In this document: positions 51,674 through 64,000 of the stretch, one piece after another
Position numbering within the stretch: the stretch's first letter is position 1
Layout of the letters: each line of letters starts with the position of its first letter
NCBI RefSeq assembly: GCF_032062105.1
Contig: NW_026930753.1
Span: 124,001-188,000, forward strand
Source of the DNA: Saccostrea cucullata
Taxonomy: Eukaryota
Direction of reading: 5' to 3'
Length of the DNA stretch: 64,000 nt
Translations under genes and position numbers: made by a program
The notes under the pieces: generated by a model
Database searches by the model: none
What the model was told of the DNA's origin: nothing
Seen by the model: only the letters and a program-made list of their open reading frames with translations

Positions 51674-53223
51674 ATGGGATTTGAGAAAAAAAATTATTCA
51701 AATGAAATGTTGATAAACAAATCCTTGGGTTTTTTCTTGCTAAGCCGTCTGAAACAGTTTACTAGAATATATTTACTCTAAAATAAAATATAGATAACAT
51801 ATTTTTATCAACAGTAGATCTGAAGGCTGTAATCTGAATATTGCACTGCTATTATGCATTGCTTGCTTGGACAGGCTCTTTAAATAAATACACTGTATAC
51901 CATCATTGTAATCGAATCAAAATATCCACACACAACATGATTAACAAAAATGATAACAAAAGAAATCAAACACAATATTATCGACATAAACATCACAAAG
52001 TACATGTTATATGTGTTACATTGTACAGTGTAAATGTGACGGTTGTTAACTTTACGCTTGAACACGAGCGTTTTGATAAGAAATACTCATAATTGTAAAA
52101 GGGGGAACTTAAGCTCTCTTTATATGCTTAAATATTCCTCGTTGAGAGTTTGAAATTAATCCAGTATATACAAAAGTACAATAAAGTATTAAATATTATC
52201 GAAAATTTAGCGACGAAAAGAGATATACACCATTTTTAAAGTAATTGTTTTCTTGTATTTGTTTTGTTTTGGGTACTTTTCTAATATAAAGAATCAAAAC
52301 AAAACGTCAAGCTAATGAAATCCAAAAGATTTAAAAAAGAACTGCGCAAAATTTTTCTGTCACATTCATAGTGGCCGGTAAAGTATATATTACCTATTCC
52401 CACAAAGTCATTCAATCCAATCAACAGAGCTTTCTCTTTAAGGAGGAACAGGACCTTTAGCTGAAAACATTCCTGTCAATGATTTTTTTTCGTATTTTTT
52501 ATATTACTAATTTAATATGTACTTAATATTTTAAAACGGTCCTGTCATGGGATTTCTTGACTTATTTAAGAGATATCGCCACACAAATACCGCCCTGTTT
52601 AGAGTTTATATGAAGTTTGGATACTCCATGTTTACGGGCCCACAACGGAGTCCATAATGCGAATTTCTCCGCACAAACGATAAATATGAAAGATAACACT
52701 ATATACTCAAATATTTCAGAATATTCATAATGTTTAAATTATCTGAAAGCAATTGTTTTAATTTCATACAGTATTTGGGTGCGATAATTTCTGCATTTTT
52801 CAAAGCAGTTTCAACGACAAAAATCCCATAGGGAAAAAATTCTGTCAATAAATATTTCTAAATTTACGATTGAATGTCAGTCCTCCATCGTAGTTATTTA
52901 CTGTAAAAATATTACAGGGTGAAGCTTACCTCAATATCGCACAGGACATCGTTGAATTAGACGTAAGCTTGATAAAAACGCTTCAATTTTGTATTTTCCG
53001 AGTGCGGGAAATCAATTGTGACGTCACACGAAAATATAAACATTCAAAATTATCTAAATAGAGAGAATCTTTGCTACTAAACACGAAAAAATATTAATTT
53101 TTAAAAATCTGCAGAAATTTATTACGATACATTGACTGTGACTTGTTTATTATGAAATAAAACTGATCATGACGGGTGTGTGTACTTGATCTCGCTGCAT
53201 TGAGAATTCAAACACTACGTCTA

Positions 53224-53240
53224 TGACGTCACTGACGTCA
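53224..53240. promoter_or_regulatory. Two adjacent perfect CRE palindromes (TGACGTCA-C-TGACGTCA) upstream of gene 2
   Basis: Exact motif matches about 310 bp before the ATG; a third CRE at 53019-53026. Function untested. Confidence 0.4.
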
Positions 53241-53549
53241 GACTCAGGGTAAAGAGAAACAAATGTGTGGATTGGGCAACTTCACAATATCTAAATGATG
53301 GCAAGCTCTTTAAAAATTTTATTAATAATAATTTATAAAATTAAATCTTTAAAAAACAATTTTAGAAAACTCATACAAGAACTGTTGATTTTAACAACGT
53401 TTAACATGTATATTATCACCGATTATGACGTGATATGTCTTTTTAGTCATATGACATGTGTCCTGTCTCCCTTAAGGCAACTTTATTTACCGGAGAAACA
53501 ACTTGTCGATTAATAGAGGTTCCTTGGATATTTATACCGTGATTTGAGA

Positions 53550-53622
53550 ATGGGATTCTCCAGTCGTGCATTTTGTGGAATTTTAATGCTCTTTGATACA
53601 TTCTTTTCGTCAACTGCATACG
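53550..53622 (+). CDS. Gene 2 signal peptide exon (MGFSSRAFCGILMLFDTFFSSTAY)
   Basis: ATG, moderately hydrophobic core, GTATGT donor, phase 1. Confidence 0.7.
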
Positions 53623-54299
53623 GTATGTATAACTTTTACTCCTCAACGTTGTTTTCAGTTTTTTTCAATACAAGTAAAACACGATCATGTATGTAAAAGA
53701 AGGTTTTACTCTTTGCGAACTTCATGATACAATGTTGTATTTTGCATTCTTTGCCGATTTTAACAGGTACTTTTAATTTCTTTTTATAAAACATTGGGGT
53801 AAATTTATTTTTATTCAATTGTATTATGAACAAAAACCAGTATTAAATGTAGTAAGATCGATCAGAAGTATTCATACGCAGAAAAAATTCTAGGTTAAGT
53901 GTACATGTACGGAAATATATATATTATCTTAAAAACATCAAGTTTCCTTGTCAATTGTTCGTTACATTATAAAAAAAGATACTTACGAGTTGATTGTTGG
54001 TCATATATTTAAGAAGTTTCAACAGAAGAAACGAACAATCCGATCAAAAAATGTTTGCCCCGATACTAAAGAAAAACGGAAAGTTGGTGGGGAAAAAAAT
54101 TAAAGATAGAGTAAGAAAAGATGTTAACGCTTGACATTTAAGATTAAGACATAAACGTCAACAGAATTTTTTTTAAAAATAGAAGAAATTCATAACCAAC
54201 AATATCATAGAAAAAAAAAAGGAAAAATACATAAACATAATCTTTACCTCTGATTTTCTGATCTTAAAATAAAAATTTTGGCCATGTAAAATTGATCAT

Positions 54300-54665
54300 A
54301 TCTCGACACGACATATCCAAGTGAGCTTGAAATAAAACATACCACCGGGTCTGATACGTCTTCATATTATTTGGATTTCTTCCTGGAAAAAAGACACTGA
54401 TGGTACCGTTTCAACAAAGACCTATGATAAATGCTATTACTTTAACTCTTCAATTTTCACTATATATTAATTTTGCAGCAATATACCCTTACAAGGTATC
54501 TCATGGAAATAGCATGTATAACAATCATTTGATTCTATTCGCCAGAGGAATTTTTGAATTGAGGTTAATATTGACAAACAAGTTGATAAAACAGGAATTT
54601 CTGCAGTCATTAAAAAAATCATTTTGCAAGTTCTCAGCTGGTCGATACAATGTTTTTGTCAGCAA
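54300..54665 (+). mobile_element. Penelope-like retroelement RT C-terminal fragment, decayed
   Basis: Translates as YPSELEIKHTT..S.YLD...STKTYDK...CSNIP...LTNKLIKQ..LKKSFCKF with frameshifts. Confidence 0.7.
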
Positions 54666-54672
54666 ATAGAAT

Positions 54673-54838
54673 TAAGAAATGAATGTAATATCTTTCCCTT
54701 TGATCGATGTATCAAAGAAAAATTTGGACAGAAAACTTCATCAATGCGCGTAGCACATTGATGAAAAAGTTTTCCGTCCATATTTTTTCTTAATTTGATA
54801 CATGGATAAAAGGAAAAAAATATTACATTCATTTCTTA
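54673..54838. repeat. 166-bp imperfect palindrome (hairpin terminus of a repeat element)
   Basis: TAAGAAATGAATGTAATA...TATTACATTCATTTCTTA with centre CATCAATGCGCGTAGCACATTGATG. Confidence 0.8.
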
Positions 54839-56465
54839 TCATTTAATTATGATTTTAAATTAATAAAATGAAACTTTCTTTCACCTAATCTATTAAATTA
54901 AATTTACGCATCTAAAACTGTGCGCACGAATTCATCACAACAACGTTAACGTTGCTGAAATTCAAAATGGCTCAAACGAATAAACGTTCTCAAATATTGT
55001 CGTGCCATTAAAAACATTTCTGATATAATTTACAGTTCTTTAACACAAAAAACCTACCTGTTGTGTTATCCCAATCGGTATATTTTCCCCGGTAAGTTAT
55101 CTAAGTTCGTACATGTAAAGGGAAGCTACTCAAATATCCTAACAGTTCTAACGTTAGGTCACAGAAATTTTGGATTTCATTTGCACATCTTTTCATCTGA
55201 ATTTCAAACCGAACATAGAAATACGTATCATAACCTGTCAATATTGTAAAACCTTAAAGATTCTGCTGCCGCCTATTTAAGATGAAAAGAATCTGTCCTC
55301 ATTCAAGTAGTGTCGTTTTTCTCGATCATTCGTTTCCCAAGATTTAACACATTAATGGTTCTCCTCTCTTTGGTAGCATTAAAAACGTTTCTTCAGAATT
55401 CTATTGTTCATACCAGATATCTCAAAGCCAAACATTTAACAAAAATATGTCGATTTCTTTCTTTCTTTCCCCAAACCATATCGTTGTTATGCAGACGATT
55501 TAATTTGATTAGCAAAGGGGGATAATTAAAAAAGAAACGAAAGTAGAAAATAAGTCAAGAACGTAACGGACAGGTTTCGAAATTCAGGAAAATATTAAAG
55601 TAAAAGTATTTAATATTCCTTCAAGAAGAAACCTTGAAGCGGGAAATATACATGTAGAGACTGCCAATGTAGTTCCGGCTCCTTAGTGCAAGCGAACTCT
55701 AGATTTTATTGATGCAGGTATCAAAAGAATTTTTAAACCAATCAGAATCAGGTATTTTATAGAAATTAAATGATTCTGTTATAAAGTCAAATGCTTAAGG
55801 GCGTTTTTTATACATTTTGTAAGGCCTTCATACATGTATCATATATTGCTCTTGCAAAATTTGCTTCAAATCTAAACCGATAATGCATCAACCTCATCAG
55901 GGACTCCTGGCTTTTTTACTAAAGTTTAGAAATTGTTGTTGTTTTTTTATTACACTTACTATTACGCAGTCTTATCGATCTATAGATTACAAAAAGGAAA
56001 AGGTTCAAAAAAGGGTTTTCTGGAATATTGAACCAATTTTGAATATTATATATAATGTATAAGAACAAATATACCTGTAAACCATTTATTTAACACATAA
56101 TACATCCTAGGTGTTAAAAAGTTATGTACAGGAAAGGTGTACTGAGTACGTCCAGTCTCCGCTTATAACGCACAAGGATATAACGTAGGATTTATCAAAA
56201 TCCCTTGAGATACGTTATAAAAGACGTACATGTTTATGTATCTTATTAAGGATTTCAATCTTACAGTGAATCATTTTTTTTTTTTTTTTTTGATATGTTG
56301 TTATTGTATAAATTTATAAATTTTGATACTTTAGTACACCATAATTTACTAAAGTGAATATTCGTAAACTATTGTAGCCTTTTGGGGTTACATACATGTA
56401 CATGTCAGATTTTAATTTTTCTAGCTTAATTATTTTAGCTTTAAAGATTCTTTTTTTCATTCAAG

Positions 56466-56705
56466 ACGACCTTTCAGAAAACAAAACGACTGCACAAAGT
56501 ACGACGTATCACTGTCCTGGAAATGGCTATTGTCTTCAGTTCTATTCTAGTTCAGCTGTGGATAGGAACGTCAGTACCTGTACGAGACCAAGACCTATTA
56601 GTGCTTATTATGAAGAAAGGACCGTATGGTGGTATGTGGATTTAGGCGGAGTTTTCAGCATCTACAGCGTTCGCATAATATTCAAATCATACTAGGAAGA
56701 ATATG
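56466..56705 (+). CDS. Gene 2 lectin-like exon, N-terminal half (contains in-frame TAG)
   Basis: DDLS...QS...AVD...WWYVDLG...SIY; homologous to 10627-10848. Confidence 0.85.
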
Positions 56706-56809
56706 GTAAATATTTATTTAAATCCTGCAGAAGCATGTTTAAAAAAGTTCTGGTTTTCATTGATTAAAGATATTTGTTATTTTTAATTTGATTGGAAAAG
56801 CCACAAAAT

Positions 56810-57530
56810 GAAGCAACAAATGGGTTCTAGTGCTAGGGCGGGGCTATATAGATTAAATAGTAAAAATGAATTATTTCTTTGGAAATATTCTTCTTTGCTC
56901 CTGGGTATTAAATAAACTAATCAAGTACATAGTTATGTTGTGTAAGACTGCCTCTTTTCAAATTGTGAATTTAATGGCCCCAGGGTCAGGAGTTCTAGTG
57001 GTAGGGTGGGGCTATATATTTCTTTGAAAATCTTCTTCTTTGCTCCAGAGTATTAAATAAACTAAGTCCATAGTTATGTTGAATAAGACTGCCTCTTCTT
57101 AAATTGTGAATTTAATGTCCCCAGGGTCGGGGGTTCTAGTTGTAATGGGGGGGGCTATATAGATTTTAAAGTGAAAATGGATAATTTTTTTTTTTGAATT
57201 TCTTTTTTTTATTTTCTGTTTGTGGATATTAAATAAACTTACCAAGTGCAAAGCTATGTTGAATAAGTCTGCCTCTTCCAAAATTGTGAATTTCATGGCC
57301 CCAGGGTCAGGGGTTCTAGTGGTAGGGCGGGGCTTATATTATATAGTAAAAAAAATGAATTATTTCTTTGAAAATATTCTTCTTCGCCTCTGAGTATTAA
57401 ATAAACTAACGAAGTACATAGTTATGTTGAATAAGGCAGCCTCTTCTCAAATTGTGAATTTAATGGCCCCAGGGTCTGTGGTTCTAGTGGTAGGGTGGGG
57501 ATATATAGATTTTATAGTGTAAATGCATAT
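56810..57530. repeat. Tandem repeats of 140-180 bp (Helentron core / satellite-like), about 4.5 copies
   Basis: AAATTGTGAATTT.ATG.CCCCAGGGTC near 56959, 57101, 57280 and 57448. Confidence 0.85.
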
Positions 57531-57574
57531 GAAATTCTTTAAATTACTAGTAGCATATTTTACGACAATTTAAG

Positions 57575-57814
57575 CTCAGAGACAGAGAGGAAGATTTGCA
57601 GGATTTTCCCTTTATATATCCAATACCACACAGAAAGAAGATGGTTCACTTTGCTACAAGGACGGTCCTGACTTACCTCCCTTGGATTTCAACACAACAT
57701 GTGTTGGACCTGCTCGTTACCTAATTTACTATAATGAAAGATTACCAGGAGAATACTACCCCAAGGGATATGAATTGCGTTCCTATACAGAATTATGTGA
57801 AGTGATCGTACTAG
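57575..57814 (+). CDS. Gene 2 lectin-like exon, C-terminal half
   Basis: About 65% aa identity (hand count) to 15436-15678. Confidence 0.88.
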
Positions 57815-58245
57815 GTAAAGAAACAAAATTAATGCAGTACTGTAGAATACTATGTGACTGTTATACAGTACGTTTAATAATAAAATATGACATTTACAAA
57901 CGATTGGCAACTAGGAAAAAATATAAAAAAAGGCTGATTTACATGAACAATAGGTCTGTCTATCTGGCAGTAATTTTAAAGAAGTTAAAGGTTTTAATTG
58001 AATATAATGACACCAAATGTTACAAAAATATTTCGTGCATCCATGTTACAAAAAAGTTTCTTCCATAGTAAAACATGTCATTTATTAAGCTATGATTTAA
58101 CATATTTTTAATTACTAAATATTTAATAAAAGCGTACAGAAAGAAGCACGTTCTGATTAAGCTATATATTGTTTACTGTAGGTAGCCTTGGCCTTTCAAT
58201 TGGGACTTCTATTTGTCATAAATACTCCAATCTAAAGATATCTTA

Positions 58246-58760
58246 CGGAAGCCCATTTAGGACCTATCAAAAAATATTTTTCAATTCGTTATAACGATTT
58301 TTTAGAATTCGTTATAACGAATTAAATTTGTTATAACAGATTTATTGAATTCGTAATAACGAATTTATTTTGTTATAACAGATTTATTGAATTCGTTATA
58401 ACGAATTTAATCTGTTATTACAGATTTGTTAAATTCGTTATAACCAATTTCCTTGAATTGGTTATAACGATTTCAACAAATCTGTAATAACAGATAACAT
58501 TTGTTATAACGAATTCAATAAATCTGTAATAACAGATTAAATTCGTTATAACGAATTCAATGAATCTGTTATAACCAATAAATTCGTTATTACGAATTTA
58601 ATAAATCTGTTATAACAAATTTAATTCGTTATAACGAATTCAATAAATCTGTTATAACAAATTTAGTTCGTTATAACGAATTCTAAAAATCTGTTATAAC
58701 AAATTACATTCGTTATAACGAATTCAAAAATATTTTTGATAGGTCCTAAATGGGCTTCCG
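58246..58760. mobile_element. Foldback MITE with TA TSD and an internal TTCGTTATAACGAA array
   Basis: 27-bp perfect TIR CGGAAGCCCATTTAGGACCTATCAAAA; palindromic units of about 20 bp. Confidence 0.9.
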
Positions 58761-60963
58761 TAATATCTAGTGTTAAATGTCGCCGGATTCTAGTTTCTCC
58801 GGTATTTGACGCAGGATTAATGTGTGATGCTCCGTAGCCGCAACAGTGTCTATACCGATTTCTATTCCTTTGCGTAGTTTTACAACTGACATCAATGTAT
58901 CCTTGGACGAGTTTGACATTTACTATGACACAGGTTGAGCCATCGTTAACATTTTCTCCATTGGATTGCCTACTTGGAGTTAAATAGCACAAAATTATTG
59001 TTCTACCACTGATACGTCTTCTTGTAATGGTTGGAACTAATATGGGTATTGTATGGAGGATTTATCATTAAAAGGGTCCACACAAAGCTTACATGTATTT
59101 CTATTAAATACTACTAGAAGCATGATATCTTTCTTTCCCTATCACCATTGTACAACTTTAAACAGAAATGGTAAACAGAGTTTGAAATCTCTCTGGGCTT
59201 TTTTTTTTTTTTTGCCGTACGACAGCGTATGAAAATATCTATTTTTTTTCTTGAATTACTATAGAACAATAAATTAAGTTATAATTTTTACACAGTCATA
59301 GACTTAAGGAACTTTTTCAATGTAGGTAAAATTAATATTATGGGACTAAAGATTTAAATATATTAAGAAAATATGAATTTCCAAACAATCTACAATTATG
59401 TTATCTTTGAAGCTTCAAATCTATGTACAGAGTTGAGCAAAATCTTTTTTAAAAAGTACAGATTTTTCTCTCTTAGTAAACGATCAAAACTGCTCTGTTT
59501 TGGTATTATTTTGTTTCTTTACATGACTACATTACCATATGTGATAATAAGAAAAAAAAATAGATATACCAAGATTACAAAAATAATAAATATATATTGA
59601 CATTCGGGAAAATAGAGAAATTTGGGATAAGCCAATATCAATTTTAGTTGAAAATATTTGTATGGATTTGGTAATATCGTCTGATAGAACCTATGCGGTT
59701 TTGTCTTTTTATGCAAAAATAAAATTACTTCTCGCATAGCAGTAGCAGTAGTTTGATTTTGACGAGAGATTTTTAATATTTGCAAGGGTGATGCACCCTC
59801 CTTGTCGCACTGTCAGTAAGTTTAGATCTCAAAAGACTGGCCACAGAAAGAATATGATTTCAGGGAATTTTTATAGAGTTTCAGATGAAAATACAAGTGG
59901 ATCTGACCGACTAATGAAAATCAAATATGGGATTCGATATTTACCTTGTTTATTTTTAGGTATGGGGTATATTGTTTTATTAAAAGAAAAAATAAGTAAC
60001 GCCAGTGCCTGGGATATAAATATACCCAATATACTGAATATTGCATGCATTTATTTAATTGTATTACTATTTACTAAGTGAAATTTCAACATTTGATATA
60101 CAGCAATCCAACTGAGGTAGCAAGGGTATTCAAAGTGGGGAGGGAGAGGCGAGGGGAGGGAGAGACGAACCTCCGAAAAAAAAAAACGCGTGACTACGGG
60201 TCGGTCTTACAGATGCAACAATGATAGAATCTTCAGTACAAATTTCAAACCATTCCCAGTCAATAAAGGTTACCAATTAAACTATTTAGCTACTATCACT
60301 CTAAGTAAGCAGATAATTGTAGAAAATGTTAACAAAAGGTTAATCTATGACACATTGTACTTAAGATTAACAACTGCACTCGTCTAAGGATGCATGAAGA
60401 AATTATCTGAGATTCTTACGCAAAGGAAAGCGCGAAACTCGTATAAAAACTACGCATTGCGGCTGCAGAACATGACGCATTACTCTTTTGCCATAGAACA
60501 ATTAATAGATTAAATCTACCCATATATTGTTCTCTAAACATAGACAACCTTAACGTAGAACCTACGTCGAGTGACCTCATATCTAGTGAATGTGTTTAGC
60601 ATGTGCAAGATCTTTTATAATGTCATTATTAATTAAATGTTACTTTTCCGGTGCATTACGGCTTTGATTAAAATTTTAGAAGATGAAATATTTTGAATCT
60701 CATGGATTTATTTTTAAATCATGCCAAAATAATCTTTATACCTACATGTATATTCAAATTATAAATTTTTGGTTATTAAGCGAAAAGACTTAATGTTATG
60801 TCGGCATATTTACATGCAAGATAATTATGTTGACATGCAAGTTACAAATCTTTTAAGAGAATCTGATTTTGATAAGTGTAAAATCCTGTACATAAGCCCG
60901 TATTTGACATCATAGATGTAAGATGCAACATAATCATTACAAGATGCAGTTAACTAATGTTAA

Positions 60964-62556
60964 TAGCCATTCTCTGTAACCACTTAAACTTTGTTGGCAC
61001 GCATGGTCACCGATTTTGATGAAACTTCATCCATGCTTAGTACTTAACACCAGAAAAAAAATCAAGCAAAATTTTGTTGCTATGTGTCTCGGTTGCTAAG
61101 GCAACAGCCGGAAAAGTTTGAAAAATCATGATTTTCAGCCACTTTAAATCTTGACTGTGGCTTCATAAAAACTAGAAAAAGCAAACAAACCAATGTCACA
61201 AAAACAAGACACCTTATTGTCACTTATACTGTAAAGAAACTGTTTAGACTATATCTCTAAGTAAGTGGTAACCAAGCAATATTATTCTCTAAATAACTTT
61301 TGTGGTTGCCATGTTAACACAGTGTAACCATGCAAAACGAGTAACTAAGATTGGGTTGATGCTACTGTCTTGAGGAAAAACATGAAAATTCAAGACTGGC
61401 AAATTTGCATCCTTAGGACCTTGCAACACTAAAAACATAAGAAAAATTGGGTATAATTGCTACTTTGCAGTGTTACCATGGAAACCAAATACCAGTGCTT
61501 AAAAGTGAATTAGTTTTCGCTGCATTAAGAATTAAATTGCTATTTAATTAAGAAACAATGAAGGCCTCAGCTTGAATAGTACTTATCTGTTAGAACTGAA
61601 GTTGAATATCATATATTGATAAAATTTGATGAATAAAACAACACTGTTGCTATGGTTACCAAGAAGGGAAAATGTTCGATTTTGTGAAGTTTATATCAAT
61701 ATTAAACCCTGTGTGCCAACTTCTTGCATCCACTTAGAGATTGGATGATAGTCAAAATAAAAAAGTCAAATTAGCTGTTAATAAATATCAATCATAAAAG
61801 TTTTGGGAATCTACATTTAAGGGTACGTTTCCAAGGAAATAAAATATTCTTCAGGTTTTTAGGCATATATTTTCTGCTTATTTCCATAGCAACGCTCTAT
61901 TTAAAGAATCTAATCTGATTTTTTTCAAATGGGAAAACTTGGAGCACACCAACATCTTATAAAATTGATCATTAGTTATGAGGATATGTGTTTTTTTAAA
62001 GATAGGATCCGATTTAAAAATACAGAGTGTTGCTTTGAAGGTTCTCTGTGGTATAAAAACTTTGGCAACCATTGCCAACCAAAATGAAATATTATATTTT
62101 GTTTTTGGTATATGTTTTAAGGCTCCTTTTTCTATTACTTGGTCACATTTCATCCTATAATTGTGTTTTATTTTTACGTGTATGACTTTACAAAATTCAA
62201 TGAATATTTTTTTTACTTTTGAATACTTTGCTACCAAAGTAACGTATGTAATAGTTGATTCACCAACCATGTTTATCATGCATTTGAGACATCTGATCTT
62301 CAACTTTTGGAAACAGTCATTGCCAATTGTTTGCTTTGCCGCAAATGTTAACTATGGGGCTCCCAACATGTTAAAAATTCCCATTTCCGAACTTTAAGAC
62401 ATGTTGCCATGGTAACTATAAAACATAGCAACCAATTTTTGCCTGATTTCAGTTTAAGGTATCAATGACTTTTATTATAGAGAGTTTGGAGAAATTCTGA
62501 GACTATGTGTGCCACAGGTCCTATATAAAATTTCAAATCATTACAGAGAATGGCTC
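60964..62556. mobile_element. TTAA-TSD non-autonomous transposon (Kolobok-like) rich in X-box motifs
   Basis: TIR AGCCATTCTCTGTAA/TTACAGAGAATGGCT, TTAA flanks. Confidence 0.85.
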
Positions 62557-62634
62557 TTAATATGTGAGATAATTTTGTAGACATGTACGATATTTATGTC
62601 AAAATGCAAGTTAATTATGTAGACATGCATCTTA

Positions 62635-63523
62635 CGAGGGCCGTTCAAAAATTACGTGGACTTTGCCATTATTTACTCTTACAGGCGTCATATAGTTTCA
62701 CAAAATTTGAAATATGAAATTTCACTTATTTTTCTGCAATTTTCTCAAATTTATCTTTATATTGTTCTATTATTATATATTTACATTTTATGACGTGATA
62801 TTTGAAGTTCTACCAGAAATATAGTGATTTTTCTTCGATGCAATTCCTTTCAAAACGACTGTGAAGATGACCTTAATTGACGGAGCACCATGCTCTTGTT
62901 AAATTATGTTTAATGCTCGAGATATCACCAACAATGATTCAAAATATGCATAATAAAACTTGTAGTAAACTAGGGTATTCTTAACATTTGTCTAGAAATA
63001 GTAAATTGGAATGTTAGACCGTTAGATCTTTGTAAAAAGGCTATACGAGAGGGCAAGAAGAAGATTATCGAGGAAAACTTTATCCGGACTGTAAAGAACG
63101 TGATTGAGAGTGACAAAAGTCACACTATATCTCATAAGTACCTACAAGTTTTTAGTTTTAAAACAAACAAAAAAAGAATATGCTTTACTTGGTTTATAGA
63201 GTGTAAGCTTGACAAGAAATGGTCTATGAATGTTGAGTAGATTAGGTAACTCAAACTGTACAGGAACTTTTGGGAAAATGTTGAGAAAATGAAAGCTCAT
63301 ATTATTTAGAATGCCCGTGACGTCGAAGATTTTGCTGCTCCGTGACTTAATAATATGTCCAGGTATATCAACCAAAGCTGATCTCAATTTATTACATTTT
63401 GATATGACATTTTGAATACCATATAAGTAAAAATTATTTCATACGACGTGTGGCATTTTGCCCGATTATGTCGTCAAATATTTTTTATGTGCCACAATAC
63501 GCGAAATTGTTGTACAGCCCTCT
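62635..63523. mobile_element. Mariner-type MITE or relic
   Basis: TA-CGAGGGCCGTTCAAAAATT left end, degenerate AATTGTTGTACAGCCCTCT-TA right end. Confidence 0.65.
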
Positions 63524-64000
63524 TATTCATGTGAGCATGCAAGTAAATTGTGTTAACGTGCTGCTAATTTATGTCAACATGCTACTTATTTATGTCAACA
63601 TGCATTATGCAAGTTATACTTTTATATACAAGATATTTATGTCAACATGCAGGATAATAAGTTGCATATCAACAAACATATTTTGCATGTTAGAATAATT
63701 ATATTGCATGTTGACATAAATAAGTTGCATGTCTACATAATTTTCTTGTATGTTGACATAAATAAGTCGTATGTGTACATTATTATGTTGCATCTTGTAT
63801 CTACGATGTCAGATACAAGCGTTGATAAGTAAATTTACTTATTATTTAAATTTTAATTTCTTATCATATTGGTAACTTGCATGTTACTCCTACAAGTAAG
63901 AGCCTCGCTTAACCTCCCTACGCACCTTATATGCCTCGGACTCTTATTTTAGGCCATTTTCTAACGAGCTCGTTCCGCCTGAGATTTTGGGGGGAACATA

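Larger units (their letters stand above)
53550..57814 (+). pseudogene. Gene 2: 5' part of a tandem paralog (signal peptide exon plus two lectin-like exons) with a premature TAG
   Basis: Exons 53550-53622, 56466-56705 and 57575-57814 join in phase 1. TAG at 56693-56695 lies 10 nt before the conserved donor. No downstream EGF exon is seen in the window. Confidence 0.75.
60790..63885. mobile_element. Foldback element with ATGTTGACATGCAAG-type repeats, interrupted twice
   Basis: 60897-60935 is an inverted copy of about 63781-63820; repeats of about 21 bp on both arms. Ends are approximate. Confidence 0.65.

Noticed and set aside
54300-54670. Hammerhead ribozyme near the Penelope-like fragment
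   Set aside because: No CTGANGA...GAAA core with supporting stems was found by eye.
56693-56695. Recoded stop (selenocysteine or read-through)
   Set aside because: The codon is TAG, not TGA, the aligned residue is not Cys, and there is no supporting signal.
58270-58735. CRISPR-like repeat array
   Set aside because: No unique spacers, eukaryotic context, and enclosed by TIRs with a TA TSD.
61878-62397. 141-aa and overlapping ORFs
   Set aside because: Inside a non-autonomous transposon, with no transposase motifs.

Overview
AT-rich animal genomic DNA. The repeat content (Helentron non-autonomous elements, tRNA-derived SINEs, TTAA/TA MITEs) and the gene family suggest an oyster-like bivalve; this is an inference. 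Most entries in the ORF track are spurious. The main feature is one complete + strand gene of about 26-27 exons (7664-46202, about 1063-1074 aa, assembled by hand with consistent splice phases). It encodes a receptor-type protein tyrosine phosphatase: signal peptide, F-type-lectin/galactose-binding-like domain, about 4.5 MEGF10-like EGF exons, transmembrane helix, intact PTP D1, pseudophosphatase D2 and a C-terminal YAN motif. The first three exons of a tandem paralog follow (53550-57814), with an in-frame TAG. Introns and intergenic DNA hold nested mobile elements: a full-length but disabled BEL/Pao LTR retrotransposon (29580-36750) inside a hAT MITE, a truncated CR1/L2-type LINE inside a mariner relic, a stack of three Helentrons and many MITEs. 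The most striking observation concerns the BEL element. It has no tRNA primer-binding site. The 11 nt after its 5' LTR (GTAAAACAACC) are instead the exact reverse complement of the exon-exon junction made by splicing a GT-AG intron inside the LTR, which suggests splicing-dependent self-priming of reverse transcription.
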